DNA of 47,018 nucleotides from the NCBI GenBank assembly GCA_964395295.1, contig CAYNDR010000001.1:1-47018 (forward strand), given 5' to 3'. The notes under the pieces were generated by a model. It was not told the origin of the DNA and did no database searches. It saw only the letters and a list, made by a program, of their open reading frames with translations. The DNA is from an uncultured Planctomycetales bacterium. GTDB lineage: Bacteria > Planctomycetota > MHYJ01 > JACPRB01. Positions within the stretch are counted from its first letter, which is position 1; the number at the start of each line of letters is the position of its first letter. Positions 8,903 through 17,228 of the stretch are shown piece after piece. Position numbers and translations under genes: made by a program.

Positions 8903-9739
8903 CTACAGCACCATGTTGGAGAGCGTCCCGATCGGCCCGATGGCGATGTGGATCTCGTCGCCCGGCCAGAGGGTGAACTCCTTCGGGGGGACGATGCCCG
9001 TTCCGGTGAGGAGGAAACAGCCGTTCGGGAAGCTGTTGTCGCGGAAGAGGTATTCGGCGAGGGACTTGGGGGTCCGCTTGAGCTGTTCGAGAGTGGCGGA
9101 GCCGGAGAAGACCTCGCTCCGCCAGCGGAGGACCGACATGCGGATCTCGGTGGAGGGGGGGAGGGGGGCGTCGGAGACGAGGAGGCACGGCCCGAGGGCG
9201 CAGCTCTGGTCGTAGACCTTGGCCTGGGGGAGGTAGAGCGGGTTCTCGCCCTCGATGTCCCGCGAGCTCATGTCGTTGCCGACCGTGTATCCCGCGATCT
9301 TTCCCGAGGCGTTGATGAAGACCGCGAGTTCCGGCTCCGGGACGTTCCACTTGGAGTCCCTGCGGATGCGGACCTTCTGCCGGTGGCCGGCCGTGCGGTG
9401 GGGCGTGGACTTGAAGAAGAGTTCCGGGCGTTCCGCGTCGTAGACGCGCGCGTAGAAGTCCCCGCCGCCGGCCTTCCGGGCCTCCTCCACGCGGGCGTCG
9501 CGGCTGCGGTAGTAGGTGACGCCCGCCGCCCAGACCTCCTGGGTGTCGAGGGGAGGCAGGATCTCCTCGTCGTCCGGATTGAAGCTGGAGGTGATGACCG
9601 TGTGCTTCCGGGTGCACGAGGCCAGGAACTCCGGGAGGTCGGGGCGGTTGATGAGGCGGCCCCAGTCGCTCTCGTGCATGACGTAGCAGCGGCCTTCGTC
9701 CACCAGGAAGATGCCGCGCTTGGTCCGGTAGAGCTTCAT
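8903..9739 (-). CDS. fumarylacetoacetate-hydrolase (FAH) superfamily enzyme, 2-keto-3-deoxy-pentonate dehydratase (KdaD)-like
   Basis: MKLYRTK... ; [20 protein letters not shown]...[47 protein letters not shown]...[10 protein letters not shown] is the FAH C-terminal domain pattern. It closely resembles my memory of Sulfolobus KdaD. The start ATG overlaps the upstream stop (ATGA, 9736-9739). Confidence 0.7.
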   Translation of the reverse strand: MKLYRTKRGIFLVDEGRCYVMHESDWGRLINRPDLPEFLASCTRKHTVITSSFNPDDEEILPPLDTQEVWAAGVTYYRSRDARVEEARKAGGGDFYARVYDAERPELFFKSTPHRTAGHRQKVRIRRDSKWNVPEPELAVFINASGKIAGYTVGNDMSSRDIEGENPLYLPQAKVYDQSCALGPCLLVSDAPLPPSTEIRMSVLRWRSEVFSGSATLEQLKRTPKSLAEYLFRDNSFPNGCFLLTGTGIVPPKEFTLWPGDEIHIAIGPIGTLSNMVL

Positions 9740-10893
9740 GTCCGCGCCTGCCGCCGGTGCCAGTCCTCCTTGAAGAGGTTGAAGCCTTCCGCCGTCATCG
9801 GGTGCTCGCGGATGAAATCCTCGTTGAGCGCGACGCCGAGCCCGGGGCCGCCCGGGAGCGGGAAACAGCCGTCCTTCACCTCGGGGTAGCCCGGCCCCGA
9901 GGCCGCCTCCTTCACCCAGGCGTCCACGAAGTCGTTGAAGTGCTCCTGGATCTTGAAGTTCGTGGTCGAGGCCGCCAGGTGCAGGCACGCGGCCGTGCTC
10001 ACCGGGCCCCCCACGTTGTGCGGGGCGAAGGTGACGTAGGAGGCGTCCGCCATCGCCGCGATCTTCTTCCCCTCCAGCAGGCCGCAGGACTCCGTGATGT
10101 CCGTCTGGAGGACGTCCACGCAGCCCAGCTCGAGGAGACGCCGCACCTCGTGGCGCGTGTGGATGCGCTCGCCGGTGGCCACGGGGATGTTGATCTTGGC
10201 CGCGGCCTTGGCCAGCGCCTCGGGATTGTCGGGCGGGACGGGTTCCTCGACCCACGAGGGCCTGAAGCGCTCGAGGTCCCGCGCGATGTCGATCGCCGTC
10301 GCCGGGCTGAAGCGGCCGTGCATCTCGACGAGGATCTCCACGTCGGGCCCCACCGCGTCCCGGATCGCCTCCACGAGCGAGATCGACCGGGTCTTCTCCG
10401 CGCGCTCCATCTCGTAGAAGCCCGCCCCGAAGGGGTCCACCTTGAGGGCCTTGTAGCCGCGCGCCGTGACCTTGCGGGCCGCCTCCTGGAAGGCCTCGGG
10501 CGTCCGCTCCACCGTGTACCAGCCGTTCGCGTAGGCCTTCAGCCGCTCGTGCACGGCGCCCCCCAGAAGGCGGTAGACCGGCTGGCCGAGGGCCTTGCCC
10601 ACGATGTCCCAGCAGGCGATCTCCACGAGCGCGATCCCCATGCCGGAGATGTCCTCGACCCGCGCGAAGTCCTCCACGAACATCCGCTGGACGAGCCGCT
10701 CGATCTCGAACGGGTCGGCTCCGAGGACGTAGCGCTTCCTCGCGTGATCGAGATATCCCAGGAGCGCCTCGGTGCGGTTGACGTTGCGGCCCTCCGAGAC
10801 GCCCACGAGGCCCTCGTCCGTTTCGAGCTTGAGGAAGGTCAGGTTGCGCCAGGGCGTCCCGAGCACCATCGGGGTGAGCTTGGTGATCTTCAT
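9736..10893 (-). CDS. enolase-superfamily (mandelate racemase / muconate-lactonizing enzyme family) sugar-acid dehydratase
   Basis: [35 protein letters not shown]... ; [33 protein letters not shown] and APHNVGGPV are typical of the galactonate/arabinonate-dehydratase group. Only the C-terminal 385 codons of the 1320-aa track ORF are credible. Confidence 0.8.
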   Translation of the reverse strand: MKITKLTPMVLGTPWRNLTFLKLETDEGLVGVSEGRNVNRTEALLGYLDHARKRYVLGADPFEIERLVQRMFVEDFARVEDISGMGIALVEIACWDIVGKALGQPVYRLLGGAVHERLKAYANGWYTVERTPEAFQEAARKVTARGYKALKVDPFGAGFYEMERAEKTRSISLVEAIRDAVGPDVEILVEMHGRFSPATAIDIARDLERFRPSWVEEPVPPDNPEALAKAAAKINIPVATGERIHTRHEVRRLLELGCVDVLQTDITESCGLLEGKKIAAMADASYVTFAPHNVGGPVSTAACLHLAASTTNFKIQEHFNDFVDAWVKEAASGPGYPEVKDGCFPLPGGPGLGVALNEDFIREHPMTAEGFNLFKEDWHRRQART

Positions 10894-12464
10894 AGGTCTT
10901 CCTGCGTGAGCTTCCCGTCGACCTGGCGCCAGAGGCGCCGCTCGTTGCGGTTCCGGAGCGCGGCCGGCAGCGACGCCTCCGGGAAGTTCTGCCAGCAGAC
11001 CGGCCGGGCGAAGCGGCAGATCGCCGCCGTCCCGACCGACGTGAAGTGCGCGTCCAGCGTGGCCGGGTAGGGGCCGCCGTGGTGCATCGAGGGGCAGACC
11101 TCGACGCCCGTGGGGAAGCCGTTGAAGACGAGCCGTCCGGCGCGCGCCTCGAGGAGCGCCGCCACGTCCTCGAACTCCCTCAGGTCCGCCTCCGTCCCGT
11201 GGACCGTGGCGGTGAGACTGCCCTCGACGTGGCCGGCCGCCCGCAGGAGTTCCTCCCGCGAGCCGCAGGAGACCACGAGCGTCGCGGGCCCGAAGACCTC
11301 CTCCCGCAGGCGCGGGCGGGCGAGGAACGTCGCGACATCCGTAACGAAGACATGGGCCGCGGCCTGAAGGCGGGCGGCCTCGGAACGTGCGGCCATGCGG
11401 ACACCCGGCGTCCCCTCCAGTACACGAATCCCCTCCTGGAAGCCGTCGAGGATGCCGCGGTGGAGGAGCCAGGCGGGGGCTACCTGCTTCATCAACTCCC
11501 CGAACTTCTCGACGAACCGGTCGAAGTCGGGGCCGCGCAGGCCCAGGATGAGGCCGGGCTTCGTGCAGAACTGCCCACAGCCGAGCGTGGCCGATCCCTT
11601 GAGGCCCTCGGCGATCGCCTCCGCGCGCTCGCGGAGCGCGCCGGGGAGGAGGACCACGGGATTGAGGCTTCCCATCTCGGCGTAGACCGGGATGGGGACG
11701 GGCCGGCGCGAGGCCGTCTCGAAGAGCGCGCGCCCGGCCTTCAGCGATCCCGTGATGGCCACGGCGCGGATCGCCGGGTGGGCCGCGAGCCGCTGGCCCA
11801 CCACGTTGCCCGATCCGTGGATGAGGGAGAAGACGCCGTCCGGCATCCCCGCCGCGGCCGCGGCCCGGCGGACCGCCTCGCCGACGGTCTCGGCCGTGCC
11901 CGGGTGCGCGGAATGCGATTTCACGACCACGGGACAGCCGGCCGCGAGCGCGGAGGCGGTGTCGCCCCCGGCCACGGAGAAGGCCAGCGGGAAGTTGCTC
12001 GCGCAGAAGACCGCCACGGGCCCGATCGGGACGAGCATCCGCCGGAGGTCGGGTTTTGGGACGGGCTTGCGATCGGGGATGGGGCGGTCGATCCGCGCGT
12101 CCACCCAGGATCCCTCGCGGACGAGGCCGGCGAACATGCGGAGCTGGTTCACGGTGCGGGCCCGCTCCCCGGCGAGGCGGTCCTTCCCGAGGGCGGTCTC
12201 GGCGGCGGCGCGGTCGATGAGCGCGTCGCCCGCGGCGAGGATCTCCTCGGCGATCTTCTCCAGGAAGGCGGCCGTGCCCTCGGGCGTGACGCGGCGGAAG
12301 TCGCGGGCCGCCCCTTCGGCCAGGTCCGCGGCGCGGTCCGTTTCCCCGGGGGTCGCCTCGTGGAATTCGGGGTCGAGCGCCGCGGCGGACGCGGGGCCCC
12401 AGGCGCGGAAGGCCTTCGGGCCGAGGGCGGAGAGTTCCCGGCCGAGGATGTTCTTCCCGTGCAT
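10890..12464 (-). CDS. NAD(P)-dependent aldehyde dehydrogenase, alpha-ketoglutarate-semialdehyde (2,5-dioxopentanoate) dehydrogenase-like
   Basis: ALDH pattern: [45 protein letters not shown] and [10 protein letters not shown] (catalytic Cys region). The stop overlaps the dehydratase start (ATGA, 10890-10893). Confidence 0.8.
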   Translation of the reverse strand: MHGKNILGRELSALGPKAFRAWGPASAAALDPEFHEATPGETDRAADLAEGAARDFRRVTPEGTAAFLEKIAEEILAAGDALIDRAAAETALGKDRLAGERARTVNQLRMFAGLVREGSWVDARIDRPIPDRKPVPKPDLRRMLVPIGPVAVFCASNFPLAFSVAGGDTASALAAGCPVVVKSHSAHPGTAETVGEAVRRAAAAAGMPDGVFSLIHGSGNVVGQRLAAHPAIRAVAITGSLKAGRALFETASRRPVPIPVYAEMGSLNPVVLLPGALRERAEAIAEGLKGSATLGCGQFCTKPGLILGLRGPDFDRFVEKFGELMKQVAPAWLLHRGILDGFQEGIRVLEGTPGVRMAARSEAARLQAAAHVFVTDVATFLARPRLREEVFGPATLVVSCGSREELLRAAGHVEGSLTATVHGTEADLREFEDVAALLEARAGRLVFNGFPTGVEVCPSMHHGGPYPATLDAHFTSVGTAAICRFARPVCWQNFPEASLPAALRNRNERRLWRQVDGKLTQEDL

Positions 12465-12467
12465 CGC

Positions 12468-13679
12468 TCAGGCCTCCAGGGGGAGGAGGTTCCCCGACGC
12501 GTCGAACTCCATCTCCGCGGGCCCGCGGAGGACCGTCAGGTCCTTCCGGGCCTTGATGATATCCGAACAGCCTTCCGAGACCTCCAGTTTCAGGAGGGAG
12601 AGCGTGTCCTTGATGCGGGCCACGCGCGCCTGGCGCGAGTCCAGGGGCCGCACCGTGCGGAGGGCGGCGGTGTCGAAATGGGCGGGGGTCTGCGCGAAGG
12701 GGGGGCTGATCGCGGTGGCGGCGTTGGTGTAGGTGGTCTTGAGGTCGATCGCGCGGACGAGCCGGGTGGTGGCGAAGTCGGCCACGCCCGCGCCGATCCC
12801 GTTCCCGTGGCTCTCCGGGGTGAGGCCGCGCACGAAGAGGCGCCGGACCATCGGGCAGTCCGCGGGCGGGGTGAAGAATTCGGGAAGTCCGCGGCCGGTG
12901 ACGTTCGGGTCCAGCCCGGCGCCGCTGATGTTCTTCCCGATCCAGTCCACGATGAGGAGGTCGATCTCGTCCAGGGGGATCCGCGGCATGAGGCGGCGCG
13001 ACTCGGCGTGGAGCTCCTCCTCGCGGGATTCGATCTCCTCGGGCCGCAGGACCTCGATGTGCGCGGTCTCGTGGCGCTGGTTCTCCAGGATCGCCAGGCC
13101 GCAGAGGATCGGGGCCTTGGAGATCGAGACGCGCGCGACGCTCCGGATCGACCGCTCGTGGCCCAGGCGGAGGGTCGCCGCGTGGACCCCGCTCGCGCCC
13201 GCCTCCTTCCCGAGGCCGATCGCGATCATCTTCAGGATCCCGCTGGTGATCCGGCCGGCGAAGTCCGTGTGCGGCTTCACGCGGTTGACCACCAGGATCC
13301 CGTCCGCGCGGAGCGCCTCCCTGGAGAAACGGACCGGGATGCCTTCCTCCGTGGAGCCGATCAATTCGGTGTCCATGGATGCCCGGACCGGCACGCCGAG
13401 CCTCTCCTCGGTGATCCCGTACTCCGCGATGAGCGCGCGCTGTCCCTCGGCGGTCGCGCCGCCGTGGCTCCCCATGGCGGGGACGATGAAGGGCTCGGCG
13501 CCCGCGGCCTTGAGGGACTCGACGACCGCGCCGACGATGGCGCCGAGGTTCGTGATCCCCCGGCTCCCCACGGCCACGGCGACGCGCCCGCGCGGCCGGA
13601 CCTTCGCCATCTCGCGGCGGACGGCCGCGGGGATGTCCAGGGGCGGCGAGGGGGGGTACTCCTGCCGCACGAGCATCAT
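12468..13679 (-). CDS. LarA-like (lactate-racemase N-terminal domain / former DUF2088) family protein, putative 2-hydroxyacid racemase/epimerase
   Basis: Start chosen at ATG ATG (13679). VAVAVGSRGI...IVPAMGSHGGATAEGQ...ADGILVVNRVKPHTDFAGRITSGILKM parallels the LarA segments ATGFHRPST and ISEGFIESHFFAGFSGGRK. The homology is distant, judged by eye. Confidence 0.5.
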   Translation of the reverse strand: MMLVRQEYPPSPPLDIPAAVRREMAKVRPRGRVAVAVGSRGITNLGAIVGAVVESLKAAGAEPFIVPAMGSHGGATAEGQRALIAEYGITEERLGVPVRASMDTELIGSTEEGIPVRFSREALRADGILVVNRVKPHTDFAGRITSGILKMIAIGLGKEAGASGVHAATLRLGHERSIRSVARVSISKAPILCGLAILENQRHETAHIEVLRPEEIESREEELHAESRRLMPRIPLDEIDLLIVDWIGKNISGAGLDPNVTGRGLPEFFTPPADCPMVRRLFVRGLTPESHGNGIGAGVADFATTRLVRAIDLKTTYTNAATAISPPFAQTPAHFDTAALRTVRPLDSRQARVARIKDTLSLLKLEVSEGCSDIIKARKDLTVLRGPAEMEFDASGNLLPLEA

Positions 13680-13717
13680 CCGGGGGAAGGGAGGGCACGG
13701 AGGAGACAGAGGATTTG

Positions 13718-13856
13718 CCGCAGAGCTCACAGAGGACACAGAGGAATCCCGGGATCCCATTCCCTTTTCCGCTTTCTCGGTCACCTCATTGCCTCATCAT
13801 GAAGATGGTGGTCTCGACGGGGAATCCCCTCTCCGCGGACTCTGCGTTCTCTGCGG
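13718..13856. repeat. 139-bp element bounded by 27-29-bp imperfect inverted repeats (MITE-like or RNA structure)
   Basis: CCGCAGAGCTCACAGAGGACACAGAGG (13718-13744) pairs with CCTCTCCGCGGACTCTGCGTTCTCTGCGG (13828-13856). TTG lies immediately outside both ends. The element sits in the 203-nt intra-operon gap. Confidence 0.6.
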
Positions 13857-13882
13857 TTGATTACTCCGTCCCCTTTGTGTGC

Positions 13883-14809
13883 TCATGGAAAGGGTATCGC
13901 CAGTCCGGCCGCTCCAGGTTGGGACATCACGGCCTCGGGCGCGTGGCGCCGGAGGTGCTCCATCACGATCCGCGCGCGGCGGACCCGTTCGCGGCTCATC
14001 GCCAGCGCCGCGGCCTGGATCTGCTGGCCGGCGGGATAGATGTCCGGCGCGTTGCGGAGTCCCAGCTTGACGTAGACGGGGGAGGCCACGCGGACGAGAT
14101 CGGGGACCTCGTACGTGCGGATGTACCCGCCGAAGCTGTCGGGGACCTCCACGTAGACGTCGAGCGGCGCGTCCACGGCCGCGCGGAGGCCCGCGAGCTG
14201 GGCGAGGCTGAGATCGGGAGAGACGTTGATCGTCCCGGCGCCGAGGTCCTCGACCACGCGGGCGGTGGCGGGATTGGGGACGCTGAGGAGGATGGAGACC
14301 TTGACGACGAGGTCGGCCGGGAGCTGGCCGGCCTTCTTCATCTCGCGGACCACCCAGAGGAGGCCGAGGTCGGCCACGAGGACGCCGCGGACCCCGGCGG
14401 CGCAGGCGCGGCGGACGTCCTCGACCGCGTAGGCGAGCTGGGAGCCGCCGCGGAGGTTTCCGCCGATGACCTTGCCGGCGGCGGTGAAGGGCTGGGGCGT
14501 GACGTCGTAGCCGGCGCGCGGGCCCACGAAGAGCGAGAGCTCGATCCGGGCCTCGCGGGCCAGGCGGGCCATCTCGGCGAGCTCGCGGTCGGTGAGGAGC
14601 ATGATGCCGCTGCCCTGGCTCACGCGATGGACGGTGACCCCGTGGCGGCGGGCCTCCTCGATCGCGGCGGCGAGGCACTCGCGATTCTCGATCGAGGGGA
14701 TCTCGATGCGGTACTGGGCGCCGTCCGGGAAGCGCTTGGGGGAGCCCGGGAGCGCCGTCTCGTCCGGGCGGATGCCGAGTCCCGCGAGGAAGTCGCGCGT
14801 CTCTTTCAT
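13883..14809 (-). CDS. conserved-looking hypothetical protein (308 aa, alternating beta/alpha pattern suggestive of a barrel fold); function unknown
   Basis: The ORF has neighbour-like codon usage. Its ATG overlaps the upstream stop (ATGA, 14806-14809). I recognise no family motif. Confidence 0.55.
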   Translation of the reverse strand: MKETRDFLAGLGIRPDETALPGSPKRFPDGAQYRIEIPSIENRECLAAAIEEARRHGVTVHRVSQGSGIMLLTDRELAEMARLAREARIELSLFVGPRAGYDVTPQPFTAAGKVIGGNLRGGSQLAYAVEDVRRACAAGVRGVLVADLGLLWVVREMKKAGQLPADLVVKVSILLSVPNPATARVVEDLGAGTINVSPDLSLAQLAGLRAAVDAPLDVYVEVPDSFGGYIRTYEVPDLVRVASPVYVKLGLRNAPDIYPAGQQIQAAALAMSRERVRRARIVMEHLRRHAPEAVMSQPGAAGLAIPFP

Positions 14810-16221
14810 TTCGGGGGCTTCTTCAGTCCTTCGGCGGAGGCCAGGGCCTGGATTTTATCACCGGAGGGGCGGGGGGCGTTGAAAATCTCGCGCAGGACGT
14901 TGGGGAACTTCTTGAGCGCCTCGATTGCCGCGGCCCAGTCGGCCGGGCGGGCCTTCTTCAGGCGCTCGGACTCCCCGACGCAGAGGGCCTGGTCGGGGCC
15001 GGAGAGGTCGCGCTCGATGTGGGGCGCCAGTTCCCGGCGGAGTTCCTCGAGGCGATCGAGGGGTTTGGGGAGCGGCTCGACGTTGGCGGGCGTCTCGGTC
15101 CGGATGCGGAAGGCCTTGCGGCCGTCCTTGACGGTCTCCTCGCCGCCCTGCTGGAGGATCACCTTCCGGGCGATGGCGGCGACCTTGGAGGAGAAGCCGG
15201 AGATCGTCTCGTCGGCGGGCATGCCGTCGCGGGTGGTGTTCTTGTAGGCGTCCTTGATGACCCATCCCTGTGTTTCCATCCACTGGCGGCCCCTGAGGAC
15301 GCCGATGATGGCGCCGGAGGTGGCGGCGTTGTTGTCGGCGTCCCAGCCGAAGTTGAAGGCGACCTTGAGGGTCTCGACGAAGTCGCCGTTGCCGTAGAGG
15401 AGCGCGGCGATGGTGCCGGCGGTGTTGAGCTCGTAGCCGTTCTTGTCGCGCATCTCTCCGTTGTGGCGCTGGTACTTCTCCTTCGCCTTGAGGCGGGCGG
15501 CGCGCCAATCGCCGGGGTGTTCGCGGTGCCAGGCGCGGACGTCGGCGGCCACGGCGGCGGTCTCGCTGGAGGGGTCGACGGCGGCGAGGCCGGCGTCGAG
15601 GATTTTCTGGAGGTCGGTCTCGACGAAGGCGGCGGCGATCATGGAGCAGAAGATCTGGGTGGTCTGGGCGGGCTCGCCGTCGATGGCCACGCGGGTGTAG
15701 TGGAGCCCGATGCGGGACGCGGTGCGGGGCATGCCGGGGGCCATGAGGCCGAAGGACTCGCAGAGGAACTGGCCGGAGATGTTGAAGACGGCCCAGGGGT
15801 TGATGGCGATGCGGCCGGTGAGGGGCGGTTCGAGGCCGAGGTCCATGAGCTGGCGCGCGTAGAGGTTGGCGCACCAGATGGAGCGGTTGATGTGGGCCTT
15901 CCACAGTTCGCGGATGCGGGCGGGGGGGAGGAGGATCTCGCCGGAGCGGGCCATTTCGCAGACGTAGATCCATTCGAGGTCGGTGTCGTCGTCGGTGCGG
16001 GCGCCCTGGGGGAGGCCTGGGGTGTACTGCTCGACCTTGCCGGGCTCGTGGATGTACTTCATCTCGTGGGGGAGGCCGTTGAGGTTGCCGAGGATCTGGG
16101 CGAGCATGCCGCCGTGGATCTTGTCTTCGAGGACGTCGACGGGGATCTCCACGAAGCGGGGGGCGTCCTGGGGGGGCGGCTGGGCACAGCCGAGGGCGAG
16201 CGCGAGGAGGAGGGGTCTCAT
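14806..16221 (-). CDS. ADP-ribosylglycohydrolase (ARH/DraG) family protein, exported lipoprotein-like
   Basis: ATG 16221 gives MRPLLLALALGCAQ (lipobox-like). The ARH-type C-terminal signature FNFGWDADNNAATSGAIIGVLRG is present. The N-terminal motif reads ILGNLNGLPHE rather than GDxxG. Only the last 471 codons of the 806-aa track ORF are credible. Confidence 0.65.
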   Translation of the reverse strand: MRPLLLALALGCAQPPPQDAPRFVEIPVDVLEDKIHGGMLAQILGNLNGLPHEMKYIHEPGKVEQYTPGLPQGARTDDDTDLEWIYVCEMARSGEILLPPARIRELWKAHINRSIWCANLYARQLMDLGLEPPLTGRIAINPWAVFNISGQFLCESFGLMAPGMPRTASRIGLHYTRVAIDGEPAQTTQIFCSMIAAAFVETDLQKILDAGLAAVDPSSETAAVAADVRAWHREHPGDWRAARLKAKEKYQRHNGEMRDKNGYELNTAGTIAALLYGNGDFVETLKVAFNFGWDADNNAATSGAIIGVLRGRQWMETQGWVIKDAYKNTTRDGMPADETISGFSSKVAAIARKVILQQGGEETVKDGRKAFRIRTETPANVEPLPKPLDRLEELRRELAPHIERDLSGPDQALCVGESERLKKARPADWAAAIEALKKFPNVLREIFNAPRPSGDKIQALASAEGLKKPPK

Positions 16222-17123
16222 CGGGGCTCCTTCTTCGGGGCCACGGGGGCGCCGATGGCCTTTTCGAAGAACTTGATGATGGTGGAGAAGTCCTCCTCGG
16301 CGCGGCCGTCGGCGAGGGAGGCGAGGAAAACCTGCTTGGTGGCGGCGAGGGCGGGCATGGGGACGCGGAGGGCGTGGGCGGTCTCGAGGGCGAGTTGGAG
16401 GTCCTTGTCCATGGGCTTGAGGGGGAAGAAGGGGGTGAAGTCGCGCTTGAGGATCGGGGGGCCCTTCATCTCGGCGATGCCGGAGCGGGCGCGGGCGGAC
16501 TGGAGGATGTCGAACATGAGGGCCGGGTCGATGCCGGCCTTGGTGGCGAGGGCCATGCCTTCGCAGAAAGCCTCGAGGGTGGAGGAGACGACGAGGTTGA
16601 AGACGAGCTTGGCGTAAATGCCCATCCCCTGGGGGCCGATGTGGCGGACGGCCTTTCACATGCAGGCGAAGAGGTCGCGCGCGCGTTCCAGGGTCTCCGG
16701 GTCGCCGCCGACCATGAAGCCGAGTTCGCCCTTCTCCGCTTCGTTCTTGCTGCCGAAGACGGGGGCGTCGAGCATGGCGACGCCCTTCGAGCGGAGCTTC
16801 TCCGCCACGCGGAGGGTGGCGGCGGGCGAGACGGTGCTGGAGTCGATGAGGATGGTGCCGGGGCGGATCGTGGAGAGGACGCCGTGGGGGCCCTCGATGA
16901 CTTCGATGAGGGCCGGCGGATCGGCGACCATGGTGATGACGGCCTCGGCGCCTTCGGCGGCCTGGGCGGGGGAGTTGACGGGGGTGCCGCCCAGTTGGGC
17001 GACTTCTTCGGCCTTGGCGCGGGTGCGGTTGTAGAGCCGGACCCCATGCCCTGCCCGGATGAGGCACCGGGCCATGCCCCGTCCCATGAGCCCCAGCCCG
17101 ATGAACCCGATCTCTCTTCCCAT
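16218..17123 (-). pseudogene. beta-hydroxyacid dehydrogenase (3-hydroxyisobutyrate / tartronate-semialdehyde reductase family) interrupted by one in-frame TGA (16656-16658)
   Basis: The N-terminal half has MGREIGFIGLGLMGRGMA (Rossmann) ...DAPVFGS...DLFACM. After the TGA the same frame continues KAVRHIGPQGMGIYAKLVFN...PMDKDLQLAL. I see no other lesion. The terminal stop overlaps the ARH start (ATGA, 16218-16221). Confidence 0.7.
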
Positions 17124-17130
17124 AGTAACT

Positions 17131-17161
17131 GTTAACCCTGTCGAGTCGCGACAGCGTTAAC
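17131..17161. promoter_or_regulatory. 13-bp inverted repeat, candidate second GntR operator or 5'-UTR hairpin
   Basis: GTTAACCCTGTCG, 5 nt, then CGACAGCGTTAAC, with one mismatch. It lies 8 nt upstream of the operon ATG (17123) and shares the TGTCG/CGACA core with the palindrome at 17201-17212. Confidence 0.4.
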
Positions 17162-17174
17162 ACCTCCAAAGGAC

Positions 17175-17202
17175 TTGACTGTAAGGATTTAAGAAGTATA
17201 AT
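17175..17202 (+). promoter_or_regulatory. sigma70-type promoter of the GntR / nucleoside-hydrolase-like unit
   Basis: TTGACT (17175-17180), a 16-nt spacer, then TATAAT (17197-17202). ATG is at 17229. Confidence 0.55.
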
Positions 17203-17223
17203 TGTCGACAATAGGATAGTCAA
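17195..17223 (-). promoter_or_regulatory. sigma70-type promoter of the minus-strand catabolic operon
   Basis: On the minus strand: TTGACT (17223-17218), a 17-nt spacer, then TATACT (17200-17195). Its -10 overlaps the -10 of the rightward promoter. Confidence 0.5.
17201..17212. promoter_or_regulatory. perfect 12-bp palindrome ATTGTCGACAAT, candidate GntR/FadR-type operator
   Basis: It is self-complementary. It lies in the spacer of the leftward promoter and at the predicted start site of the rightward promoter. The GT..AC core is typical of GntR-family sites. Confidence 0.5.
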
Positions 17224-17228
17224 CAAAA

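Noticed and set aside
9736-13698. The 1320-aa minus-strand track ORF treated as one gene. The same applies to the long N-terminal extensions of 14806-17226, 7584-9617, 8903-10255, 17303-18901, 31482-35414 and 6106-7578.
   Set aside because: Only the C-terminal parts have recognisable domains, sensible starts (signal peptides, RBS, ATGA overlaps) and normal composition. The upstream parts overlap the preceding real genes in another frame.
12468-13784. Alternative start at ATG 13784 for the LarA-like gene, adding MTEKAEKGMGSRDSSVSSVSSAANPLSPPCPPFPR.
   Set aside because: The extension is Ser/Pro-rich and low-complexity, and it is encoded by one arm of the inverted repeat. Family members I recall start close to the ...M.LVRQ.. 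position. This is not fully excluded.
13718-13856. The CTCTG-type repeated units as a CRISPR or other tandem-repeat array.
   Set aside because: The units are 7 nt long and arranged as two inverted arms, with no spacer-repeat periodicity. No cas genes are present in the window.
16634-16658. The in-frame TGA as selenocysteine or as a reassigned (Gly) codon. A GGCCG-N10-CGGCC hairpin (16634-16653) follows the TGA on the mRNA.
   Set aside because: The position is a structural small-residue site, not a redox site. The hairpin is short and unremarkable for GC-rich DNA. TGA clearly terminates neighbouring genes (9736, 10890, 14806, 17934), so code 25-type reassignment does not fit.
16374-17135. Plus-strand 253-aa ORF and minus-strand 193-aa ORF (16466-17047) across the dehydrogenase locus.
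   Set aside because: They are alternate-frame shadows of the clearly recognisable beta-hydroxyacid dehydrogenase reading frame.
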